Positions 25,901 through 38,200 of a stretch of 64,000 nt of DNA are shown here, piece after piece. The first letter of the stretch is position 1, and every line of letters begins with the position of its first letter. Below the pieces are notes generated by a model, which saw only the letters and a program-made list of their open reading frames with translations, ran no database searches and was not told where the DNA came from. The stretch covers positions 3,100,001-3,164,000 of the forward strand of contig JAYWIR010000013.1 of NCBI GenBank assembly GCA_036172245.1, in the 5' to 3' direction. The stretch is from Raillietiella orientalis (Eukaryota). The position numbers and the translations under genes were made by a program.

Positions 25901-28900
25901 CGCCCTCCGCGGGAGCGCTCATCTCTCACCCCTTTACGCGCCACCGCCCACGCGCGGACAGACGGCAGGAGATGGGGCACCGAGTGCGGGAACCGCCCGA
26001 CCGTCGCCGAGGAAGCATCCCGCACATGAGCCCCATCGGCTTCTCCGCGAGGGGACGCTGGGCGGCAGCTTGCGCAACGGAGCGTGCGATGTGTACAAGA
26101 GTGCGCGTACACCATGCAAGCGTTCTTTCGCGTGAGCACAGACGTGACGTGTTCACACGCACCCACGTTGTGCGTACACGCGTCATCTGTGTACATCAAT
26201 GTACACTGATGCACACGCGTTTCGTAAGTGCGCGCACGCCGCGCGCGTGTAATCTGCGTATGTGTTCGCGGAACGTGCACACGCGCGCACGCAGCTCGCC
26301 CTCCCCCTGGAAGCGTACACAACGACGTCTGTAAGAAAAAGCGCTCGGGCGAACCCACACATGTACTACGCTCGTGTGTCCAATGTGTCCAACACACACA
26401 CACACAGACGTGATGCTTGCACGGAATGATCAACGGACGGTTCGTCATTCCCGTTTTCTTTTTGCCTTTTTTTGGCGCCGGAGCGTGCGCGCGCGCGCAT
26501 GTACGGAGCGGACGATCACGCGCAGGGAGAGCGCGGGGCGCGAAGGCCGCACGCCCGCTCTCGCGTTTGGGGGCGCTGCAGGCGGCGGCGGTGGTAGCGA
26601 GCGACGCGGTGCTCGCCTGCCGGGAAACTCCGCCCAGAAGGAAAGAACGAAAGGGACGCCTGGAGCGCTTTCTCCTTGCCCCCCCCCCCTCCCCCCGGGT
26701 CGAGAGAGGGCGGGAGGAGGAAGGCCTGCCGCTTCCACCGCCGCGGAGCGGCTGCCCCCCCTCTCTCCCTCTACCCGTCCGACCGCGCGAGCAAACGATG
26801 ACGACGGGGGCGGCGCCTGCGGGAACCCACCGTTCCCCCTCTCCACTTGCGTCCGCTTGCAGCGTCCCGCACGAACACCACCGTACACCCAGGCTATCCC
26901 AGTCGCAGCGGATCCGAAGACGCAGCTTCCCGAGACGCCCGGCGTATTGCAGACACTTTTCGTCGAGCGACACGATGCGGGTGCACGACGTTTGTTTCGT
27001 GTTCAGTGGAACTGAATCCCATCAGCCAAGTCAAGTGGCGCGCAGCGTCACACGATCTGCTCTGCCAGCTGCCGTCCCCCGGCTTCATTCGCCAGCATCC
27101 CGTCTCACCCTTGTTGCGAAGCCTCGTTCAAAACTGGGGGACGGGAGGCCCTCACTGTTTCTCCCCTCCCCTCCCTCCCCACTTCCCCTTTCCCAGCGAG
27201 CCACGCGGCGCCCGTCCGAGCCCTCCGGAGCTTCCTCGTTCCTGCTCCCTCTGGACCTGCGAGCCTCCTCAAACCATCTCTCGTCCTTTCCTCTCGTCTC
27301 CTTGCGTCCCGCAGCAGCCGCACGGCGCGGACCCTTCCACGGGAACGGGATCTTTCTCTCCGCAGCACCCACACGCCAGCTGGCGGCTGCCGGAGCCCGT
27401 TAAGCCGAGTCTTCTTTGTATCCCCTGGAGTTACTTTTCCCTTCCAGAAACCCTTGCGGCAAACGCGCGGGGCTTTGTGCTATCAGAAAGGGTCGGCCGT
27501 CTTTCGTGGTCGGCTGACACGGGATGAAGAAAAAAAAGGGAATGCAAGAGGAGACGGAGTAGCGGGAACTGGCGGTCTGGGCTGGCGACTGTCGCGTTGC
27601 ACGGCCGTGGCGTAACGAGATATACCAGAAATGAGGTCAGGATGCGGCTGCTGCGGAGACGGACGGCAGAACCGCGGGGAGCGGGAAGGGGGGGGGGGGG
27701 GAAGCTGCTAAGTTGGGTTCTTCGCTGTCCAGATCCATTTCCAAAAACCGAATCGCATGAATCCATGCGAAAGCCGTTAAAACGCACTCCCGTCCTTCCG
27801 CTCCTCGTGTCGTCTTTCTGCCGCTGGCCAAGTCGACGCTGTTGAGAAGTGAACTCTGCAGAAAACTTCCGTGTTCTGACGGGCCACTTCGCAAGAGTTC
27901 CCTGAGCGCATGTCGGGACAGAGGGAGGAAGGGGCGCAGAGCCCCTTGGAGCAACCGGAGTGGACCATTGAAGAAAGATGACTGTGCTCCTCTGATATTA
28001 CGGGGAAGGGGTGGGGTGGAGGTGGGGGGAAAATGGCGAATGATGATAGGGGCCTTTGCGAAAAGACGAGTCGTGGTGCGCCCGGACGGACACGAACCCC
28101 CCCCCCCTTCCCGGATGAGACAGCGCCCGGCGATCGCAGCAGCGGGATCAGCCCGTTCGGCGCTAATCTCCGTGCGAGAGATGCGTTCGACCCACACGCA
28201 GGAGCACAATAAGCAAAGGAAAAAAAAAAAGAGAGAGAGAGAGAGAGAAAGAAAAAACGCATGTGCAGCCCTGTTGTCAGGGTAACAAAGGAGGGCTCTT
28301 CCGACCTTCCAGCGAGCACTCCCCATGGCTCTTGCAGGAACACCGTCCCTCACTCCTCCATACACGGCTCGCACACATGGCGTGATGGGTCGATGTGCTG
28401 CACAAATCGGTGCGCACAAAGCCTGGCTCGCGATTCGTCTCGTCCGACGCGCACCACGTTCGGCTCCGGGCCGGCTCGGCGGAGGTTGCCCGGGTCGTCT
28501 TCGCAGGAAGGGGGGAGACGGGAGCCAGCGAACTGTGTCGGAACCTGACTGCATCGCACAACGGGGCGCCGGGCCGCTGGCGAGGAAAACATGGCGGCCG
28601 AAGCGCGGGCGGGGACAATGGAAGCGACGCGCACGCGATCCAGAAATTAAATCGGACGGGCGAGATGCCTCGTCGGAGCAGGTCGCTATGGAGTCCGCAT
28701 CCGAGACGCGCACAATGGGGATGCGAATGCGGGGCGAACTCTCCTCCTGCACGCCGCTTCTCGAGAGAAGTCGGGGAAACGAACAGATGCATCTCTTGGG
28801 CTTCGAAAGCTCGAGCCTGCCTATGCTGCATCCCCTCTCCGTCTGAGCTGCACGCGCACACACACACACACACAAAGAAAAGAAAAGAAAAAAGAAAAAG

Positions 28901-31881
28901 GAACGAAAAATCACATTAAATTATGACCAGCGCTCATGACAGCATCGAGCATAATTTGACGGGGAAGGGGGGCACAAGAAATGCTTCTTGCGTGACAGAG
29001 GAAACGTAACTGCTTGTGGCAGACACCGTTTGCCTTGAGTGCAGCTCTTGGTGTGTCACACATTTCTGGTTTGCATACAAAAACAAACAAAAAAGAGGAG
29101 GAGGAGGAAAAGAAGAAGAAGAAGAAAAAAAAGGGCACAGAGAACTCCAGGAAACAGCTACGAAAGTTCAGCACACGGTCGATGGTTAGCGTCGACTGGA
29201 CTGCAACATCAGTACCAGAAACAACAGATTCACCGGAAACACAAAAGCCCCTTTCGGCCAGGATGACTTTTCTTCGGCGGCGGTAGCCAGCAGACAAAGC
29301 GGGCGTGTTCGAGAGAAAGGATGCTCTCCTCCGCTTTCTATGCTTTTTGAATCCATCGCTGCGACGCTCGCGTCCAAGTGGGTGCGGACACTTCGACACC
29401 GACGTACACGCAAGGGAAATGACATTTGTGCTCTTGGGCGTGTTTACTTAAAGCTACACGTACCCAACGTGCACCGCGGTTTCGGGCGCACGTTCTTTGT
29501 GTTCATAAACTAAGCTAAACGAACCACGAGAAAGTGAATTTCTGGATGTGAAAGTCTCGCCATCCAAGTAAAAGTTCGCACTTAAAGTGTTATGAGAAGT
29601 CGGATGACATGATTCTGATGCTGGCCAAACGATGAGAGGGAAGGAGGGGTGGGGTGAGGGGGGCGAGCGAGCGAGGAAGGAAAAGAGGGAAAAGACGAAA
29701 CAAAATGTTTTACCAGCAATCCTTATTGATCTTTAGAGGTCTGGGATGCAATCGTCTTGCGCCGAGCAACCCATAATGAAATCAGACAGACAGCGGAGCA
29801 CCTTGCGATGACCCGCGGGATGCTAATCGGAAGAACGTGAGATCGAGATGAGTCGTAATGAAGTGAAATGCAGAAAAGTTATCTCTCTTTTTTTGCCTTT
29901 TGTGTTATTTTCTCGTTCGGATGAACTCCTCTCATTTCCTCCACAGTTTACGCTGCTGAACGGGTCGACCACTTCATCCGAAGGAGTCTTCGCCGAACTG
30001 ACCCGAATCCGTGTTGCAGCGGCCGAGAGATCTCCGTGCCATCAACATCACCCTGACTTGGAAATTATGCGCAGGACTCCTGAATGGGATCGCGCTCCCG
30101 ATTATGAGACACCGTGCCGGAATATGTATCGTATGCAAAGCGGAGTCGGAGAGAGAGGCGCACGTGATTAGCAACAAGAGGAAAAAAGGCGAAGCCGACT
30201 CTCGCGGGCTGCTCCTCCTCTCAATCGCGCTTTATTGCCCGGCTGGCTTTGTTTCTTGTGGTTTTGGGCAGAACGGTTAAAATGCTTACTCAGCTGCCGC
30301 CAACGGGAACTTTCTGCCGGAATCCTGCGTGCCCCCCACCCCCCGCACACGCGCGCGACTCTGCCTCGCATCCATTTTGGGGGATCAAGTAATTCGAGCA
30401 TCGCTTTCGGGGCGAAGACGCCGCCAGGTGGCGAGGTACCGTGTTTTGCGCGCACGCGGGATGCTGCTCATCCCGAACGCGGGTCCATAAATGTTTTGTT
30501 GATTTCTTCTCCGCATTTGTCTTTGGGATGCTGCGGCCGAGTGACGCGCCCACGCCCGCGCGCTGCTGAAGAGCGCACGGTCGTCTGGGTTACGGGATCC
30601 TGCAAATCGGGTCCCGGGGAAGAGAACCGCATGGCTTATGGTTATCCTATGTAAAGGCAGCAGCCTCCAGGCACAGGCGACCGTCGGTAGCGGAGGGGCG
30701 ACTCCAGAAAACGCGACAGGTTTGGGGGGGAACGCTGCTTCGTTCGCTTGCCGGACGGGAGGGGCGCGTCGGCCCGTGGCTGCCGGGCGGAAGCGGCGGC
30801 GCCATCCGGTCGGTCGTCGTCATTCGCGCTGCAACGTTCTTTGCGTGTTCCGTGGTGCCTGCGTCGGTCCCTTCCGAATCTCGAACCTTCTGAAGTCTCA
30901 TTCCCCCCCGCGTATCGAAGCAGCAAAGTCCCCGTTTTGCGAAGAGCTCGTTTGCTGATCACCACGCGGCGCACCCCTAAGGTGATTTCGAAGGCCGCTC
31001 TTAAGAGGGCAAAGAGGGTTTCTCGAAAACTTCTTCCCGTGCGTGTTTCGCCAAACACGCGTCCCCTGCGCGACGGCCACATTCTCTCTCTGCTTCCTCC
31101 TTTCCGTGCTCCCACCACGGCGCTTCGGCGATTCCGGGAGGCTTCGCCTCGTCTTCCGTTCGCTCGACGGCTGCGCGCCACAACACCGCAGGGTTGCCGC
31201 ACCTGGGGGGGCAGTGGCACCAACCACGTGGCTGCGTGATCTCTTCTGCGCTACCGATTTCCATAAGCTTATTACTTCGCATTTGCTCGGCGCAGGAACC
31301 CGGCAGACAGGGCACGCGATGCGTTTTGCGAAAAGGAAAATTCCTGGTATCCAAGTTCCCACATGCAGGGGGGATGCTGATACAAATTGAGGTCAAAAGT
31401 GCGTTTAACTGGTGTTTGAACGAGGGCGGCATGAACAGTTGCACTGCAAAGAGAAAGTGGAACATGTTGGTTCGATTGTGAAGTTCAACAAGGCTTGGCA
31501 AACCTGGTTATAAAAAACAGTAAATGCAGGCATACCCCAACCCGCGAATGACGTTTCACTTCGCTTGCTGACAAGCTTTATCATCATCATTTTTCTCTCT
31601 CTCTCTTTCTTTCCTTCCTGATACTCATAACAGGACTTTAATGTGTGCGGTTCCCAGTTGGACAAATCATGCAAAACGCGAACGGGAAATCGTCCGGAGA
31701 CAAAACACGCCCGAGGGGCCCTCCTGTGATCACGGAAACAAAATGGGAAGATTTGCCAACCAAAACTCGTGTAGGTGTGTTGCCAGAAGATTCGCAAACG
31801 GAACACCTTACCTCGATTTATCCGTGCGAGCATGAAGAAGACCAACTTGCTTCAGCTTGTTACCACAACATGCCACAATTT

Positions 31882-31941
31882 CCAGTGTCATTACGTTACC
31901 AAACAATATTTGGTAATGATTATTTGGTAACGTTACGCTGG
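31882..31941. repeat. Imperfect 60-nt hairpin of pre-miRNA size
   Basis: acgttaccaaa (31893-31903) pairs with tttggtaacgt (31923-31933). It extends inward by aat/att and outward by ccagtgt/acgctgg. Confidence 0.75.
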
Positions 31942-32183
31942 CAGTGAAAGGTCTGGTGCAGAATCTGTAACGTTTCTGTTGCTATACGCTGGCGGCAAGG
32001 GATTTATTGCTTGGGAAGGGGGGGAGGGGGGGGGGGAAATGAGAGGAAAAAAAAAAAAAAAAAAACATTAGTGAGGAAAAGACTGAACAGCACTTCTTCT
32101 GGTCAGTAGACGTCACCAAAACAAACCACCACGACGACAACAACAAAAAACAAAAAGTGACACAGCATTTTGTTTGAATTCAT

Positions 32184-32189
32184 TTTATT
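32184..32189 (-). terminator. Candidate polyadenylation signal of IPPK
   Basis: AATAAA on the minus strand about 80 nt after the IPPK stop; a second copy lies at 32003-32008. Confidence 0.5.
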
Positions 32190-32267
32190 TTCCAAATTGC
32201 GAGCGCCGCCGTGGGATGATGCATCGCAGATTGTCCGCATCAACAGGTGACGATCATCTCCGAGCAG

Positions 32268-35200
32268 CTACTTCGACCTCGGGGACTCACTTGCGCGGAA
32301 CCTGCTGTTGTGGAGCAGCAACGCCTGCTGTACTCTGGTTATCAGATTCCCAACACGGAACAGGTCTTTCCGATCGAGGTCTATTATTTTTAGATCGCAG
32401 AGAAAGTATCGACTGTCCACTTGCAAACACTTATCTGAAACGTGATCGTGAACGGGAACGAGTCTGATCATCACAGAGCAGTCTCTCAAAGTTAAGGCAA
32501 GGTTCAACTTGGAGCAGTCGTCTTTCATTTTGCCCGGCATGCGCTCGGCGGGGCAAAGACCATCCACCTGGGCCCGGAGCAGCCTGCCCAGAAGGCTGTC
32601 GGCTGGGATCGAGGTCCGCTGCTCGTGACCACACCTTCCATAAAATGGGGCTCCAGAACACGGGGTGACGGCCGGCTCGAGACGACGGGGCAACGCCGTG
32701 GGAGTGTTCGACCGAAGCAGTGCGGACACGATCAAACGAGCGAAACTCTTTTCGCAACTGGCGGATGGAAAAACAGAGAGGAAAAAAAGGGTTAAACTTC
32801 GGCTGAACCTGCAGCACCCTTCCGCCGAGACTGCGAAATGGGCGGCGAAATCCGAGCCGCACACGACATCACCTCGTTATGGAGTAATCTCACCGCCGGA
32901 AGCGGCAGGCCTCGCAATTTGGGGCCATCGCAGGCCACGCGGACGGCCCTGGTGACCACCCCAATATCAAATCCCTCGTCTCTCGTTTCCCGAGTAATAA
33001 CATGACCAGTACTGTACAATTCGGACACAAACAAACAAACAAACAGAAGTTCAATTGGGTCACGACCCACGATTCAACGGGGGAAAACTTTCCACAAGCT
33101 TTCCACTGTGAAAGGCACTTTCACAGCATCACCGTACAAACACCAAGGCCAAAAACAACATACTCATCCTAACCATCGGAACCACTTCACCGGGGGGGGG
33201 GGGGGATCACGCATCCTGAATGCATTTTTTTACATTACTTTGGTGGGTGAACGCGGAAATTTGTAGGATAAGAAGACGCTCGCGATTTTCGGGTGAAACC
33301 TCGCCGGAAACGAAGCTCATGAATTCCGTACCTCCAATCTTCCGCCATGTACTTTGTGCGCTCCGAGGGCACCACCGAAAGTACGGAGAGCACGTGAAAC
33401 ACCCTCTCCGTGCATTTTTGCACCCTTAGGAATCGGAATCCGATTCCTAAGGGTGAAACTGCGCGATTTCTTCACGAGGCGAAACTGAATAGGAGGCCGG
33501 AAGCGCAAACCCATCCGCTTCGGAGGAAAATGCGGAGAAGACCTTTGGGTTTCGTGCGATCTTCACGAAAAAAGGATGCTCGAGCCACACTACCCGACTA
33601 AACGGAGAGAAGGGCGACACTCGAAGAGAACGTGAAAAGGCAGGAAGACTCCCATCTGCGCATCAGCACGCCATCAAATTTTGGTTCGTCTGCTTGGAGG
33701 GGCGGAGGAGGAGGTCTTTACATCATCTTGCCACGGCTGCACCTGAGCAATCGAAAGACGATGATGCACACAACTCGGGATGTGTAAAAGGGAGCTGTTT
33801 TATAAAGTGTTTGTACTGCGACGGCCTGAAGCAGGGAGGCACCTGCGAGGTACCTTTCGAAGACTTCCCAAACCAGAACTCCAGCGAGAGGGAATGCCGT
33901 GTACAAACGCGGCTACTATACGAAAGGCAACGGCGACGACGCCGAGTGCCAAAACGCTGGCAGGAATGACGTTCACGTTGGGAAGCACCGTTGGGGGCAG
34001 GCGGGAGTTGGGGTCACGTATCTCTTACAGCCGTGTCACGAAACACCCATACGCACTTCCCTGGAACGTTTATTGGCGCACAGATACAAACCAGGCGGCA
34101 AAAGCATTTTAGCATACACGCACCGCCGCGGCAGGCAGAAACGTTTCTCCAGGGCAGCGTTTCGCTGGCCAGCGGCTAGGAAATGACCGGAAGAATCCAC
34201 CCCTAGAATTCGAGCTTCGGAAGGATGAACGGTACTGCAGAAAAGTCCCACGAAGCTACGTGCAGGCACAACAGCGTTGGGCACAGCCCGTACACCTCGG
34301 CCGTGCACCTCGAACGAAAAGTCGAGAGAATCGTTCGTGAAGGTCAGCCGCCATTTCAAGGCGCGGGAGTCGACTCAAAGTTGCAACCCCGCGGCCTGCC
34401 TGCCTCGCCTGGGAGCGTTTTGCGGATTCATAAACATCAGCGTCCGTCGACATTTGCATATCTCCTCGGGAGGATGCGAGACGCGCGTTTCGTGAGTTTG
34501 TTTACTTACCAATTTATATAATCCAACCGCGCGCGAAGCGCCACTCTGCCGTCAGAAGACGATTGCCCATCCATTCATTACCCAAAAGAGTGACGCTCAC
34601 TCGCAGAATTACGCGGTGTCTGTTGAGGAAGTAATTTAGAACCCCCCGTGGAGGTGACCTACGTCAGTTTTCCAGGAAGGTACCGTTAACAGGAGAGCAA
34701 ATTTTCTCAGTACCGTGAATCGCAATTCACAAAGATGGCTGCGTTTGTAGTAAACTGAACAAAACGGTGTCGCATGTAATTACTTATGGCCGAATAAAGT
34801 AACCCTCGTGTTTCACAAACACTTGCGGCGAGGCGCGGGTATTATTTTTTTTTTTTTTTTGGCAGCACTGCTCGCAACTCTCCAGCAAATGGCTCGTGCT
34901 AAGCTACACAGCACGGTTTCATCTGAAGGCAAATGAAATCAGGGATAAAAAAAAAAAAAGGGGGGGGGAAAAAAAAAAAAAAAAAACCCTGCACAGAATC
35001 ATGAGATTCGCTGACGCGCAAAAACCTGGAAATGCCCCCAATGCACAGGAAGTGGCATAACCTCATCGTTTCGGTTTCCCAATTTTGACATGGAGGAGGA
35101 AAGAAACATTCCGCAAGCGCTTCTCTGGAATCCTGGAGCAGAACGGCAAACCGCGTTTCTCTCCACGAAAGCATCGCGAATCGAAGAAGAAGAAATGTTT

Positions 35201-38200
35201 CGTGCAACCGTCGCATCTCATACACACGTGTCCAGTTGATGTGTGCGTACGAAATCTCACCTAAGCGTTAATGGGCAGCAGTCCCTTCCTATGCGATAAC
35301 TTGGCTGATGCTTCATATCCATAAAATTAACACCGGCACAATCGACGAAATTCACTAATTAGAAAGTCATCCGTACCTTTAACTACCAATTACAGTTTTG
35401 ATCAGAAAAATAAACAAATAAATAAATGAGGGATGACAAAGTAATAAAAATCGGCCTTGGGAGGCTATTTTTTTTTTTTTTTTTGGTCAGGCAGAGGCAA
35501 CTTCGAGCGGAACGCTTCCAAGCCGCTAAGTAGGTTGGCGCTTTGCAAAGTGCCCAACGGCACCGCTCATGTTTAATTCAAACACGAAAATATCACTCAA
35601 ACAAAACCGCAGAAAGCAACAGCGCTTTCCACACACGTCGCACATGAAGTAAATGATGCTCAAACGGAAGTTTAGCGTGTAAACAACGGATGCCGCAGTG
35701 TACGCAAGAAGAAATCACCCTTCCAGCCACTTCCATTTCCATGGTTAATTCATAACTCACGTTGGATACATTTTCCAACAAGCCGTTTATGGGCACTCTA
35801 TTTGCCATTACTACGGTGTTACGTAGCATAGGCGTGAGAAGTACACACTCCACGAATAGAAAAGCGCAGCGCAATCCGTACGGCGGGCACTGCAGACCGG
35901 AAAAAGGGGGGAACCTCGCTCGAGGAACAACTCGGCTGCCGGATTCAACCTCCACGAAATGGTTGGCACTTCCTAGTCGACGTCCATGCAATCCGTAATT
36001 ACCGGCAAAATCGGCAGCAGCTACCCTTCCGAACCGGTTTCCGGGAACCAACGCCCTCCTGAACCGTCTGCCGCCGCCTGCGGACACGAGCGAGAAGAAG
36101 GAACGCTTCACGTCTCTGTTCCCAGTGATGCTGGACGTCACGGCTTCGCGGAGGGATCACCGACAGACAGCGCAGGCACCAAAGGCGGGCGCATCGCTTT
36201 TTTTTTTTTTTTCCCCTCAAAATCGAAACTTGCACACACCTCCCGATTTTGGTTGCGAGCGGTGACGTCACCGCTTGGTGAAGTGCAGCAGCGAAGGTAC
36301 GAAAAATCGTGTGCGACCCTTGAAAAAAAAAAAAAACCCACGACGCCGTCGTGGTGGGGCCAACTTGACATTGGAGGGGAACCCCCCCCCCCCAAAAAAA
36401 AAGAAAAGAAAAGAAACAAAGCGCCCCCACCAAAGGAACAGAGTTCGGATTCGTTTTCGAAACGACACTCGTACGGCCAGGCACCGACTGGACATTTCGT
36501 ACTCGAGGCACGCGGAAACAAATCCGAGGGCTGGAAATCGACCTCCGTTTGAACCTTCCGGACGCACCTTTGCAGTCGTCCTTCTTGCTCGCGTTTACTT
36601 GCTCTTCACCGCTTACATTACGGACCTCCATCCGTCCTTACATCAGCAAGCTGCGGAGGATGTGCTCTGAAGGACGATCTTTGGAAGAAAGCGTTCGGAT
36701 TCTTGGAACTTCTCGCGCTTCGTTACAACTCGGCGTTCGCAGCGTCGACGGCCTACTCCGACCGTAGGCGAAACTCACGAATGGGGCGGTGAATCCCGAA
36801 GTGAGCATCATGAGAGAGCACGCAGAGCTGCGACGTTTCGTCGGCTGCTTGCCGGATGACCTCAGGCTTCCTGCGCTTCCGCCCGCCCTACGCGCGAACT
36901 GTTCGAAGGTCAGCGGGGAACAGCTTCCGCTGAAGTGGGGCCTGGCGGTCACTCTGCTAAAGACGCCCCCTCGACGCACGGACGGACCGGAAATCGCCGT
37001 CCCAAGTGGACAACAGCTCCACGTGTTCCACACGTCCGCTTCTCGGCCTTTTGGCTAAGATGGAAGTTTCCATTCCTGCGCTGCGCGGCGGGAACACCAT
37101 TTGTGTTGACAACCGTCCCGATCAAGGCGAGGCCATGCGGTACGTGGGGTTTCCGTGGCTTCCTTGAGCTACTTTATGACGTCCGGGGACTACCTTCTTT
37201 TTTGCTTACTGCTGCGGAGGGACTCAAATCTGCTTCTGATAGCGAGGGGTGGCCGGAAGATTTCAAGCACATCGTTCGTGCCGACACTGCGTATTCTGGG
37301 ATGAGACTTTTCGCCTCGAGTATTATATTGACCCACCGCATGAGGCACTTTCCTCTGGACACGGCCAGGCACGATGCGACAACAGGAAGGCTACGTAACG
37401 CCGCAACCACCACGGCAGGATGGTTTCAGAGAGGACAGATGCATTCCGGGTGTGCACTCCACTCTGCGGCCTAGTTCGGTGCTGCGGAAGGGATTCGGGA
37501 TGTCACCTGTCGACGTGGGAGGAGCACCACCAGGATTCAGAAAGAATCGAAGTGTCAGGATGTTGCCCATCAGCCTTCCCAGAAGGGCTTGCAAACCAAG
37601 GTGCATGCCTTTCTAATTGGATCGCTTAGTTGGAGGGGCCCTGATTTAACGATGGCGCCTATCGCAAGTTTGGTGTGGCGAGAAAATGAGGCACCTCATG
37701 GAAGAGAGAGACTCGCTGTGTGTGCTGTAGGTCATGAATCCCGACACGTCGACACGCGGGAGTACTCGGAACACGGGACCGTGGATGGGAAGCAAATCTG
37801 AAGGGGTCGCCGAAACGCGCCTCGAAGAACGCCTTCCGGGGTGGAATCTCCGTACTCCTTTTATCATGAAGGGCTGGGAGATGGTGTGGGGCCAGCTGGG
37901 CCTTACATCCATTTTTGTTCCTCTCCTCTTTACGTTTACGTAAAAATCCACAGAGCACCCCCACTAATCAAACTGATTTCATCACCAAGCATTTGCATAT
38001 GATCGCTGTAATTTATGCACACCCTAATTGAAAAATTCGGCATGCAATTTTTTGAAGCATTCGTTCGCATGCACTTCCAGTGTGGTTTCCGGATTTTCGC
38101 TGCATGCTCCCCCCCCCCCCCAATACTGCTTCCCTTTTCCAAAAAAATTACTCGATAAACGTAAGGCTAGGCTTTGTAATACTTTTTTTGAATAGAAGCT

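Noticed and set aside
24442..26973. 843-aa minus ORF and overlapping 577-aa and 328-aa plus ORFs
   Set aside because: R/G/P/A-rich, open in several frames at once, running through homopolymers and microsatellites; this is expected from stop scarcity at very high GC.
19421..30490. Repeated 10-mer gggtccataa (19421 and 30481), resembling a Cdx/Abd-B site
   Set aside because: Shared 10-mers are expected in large numbers by chance in 64 kb.
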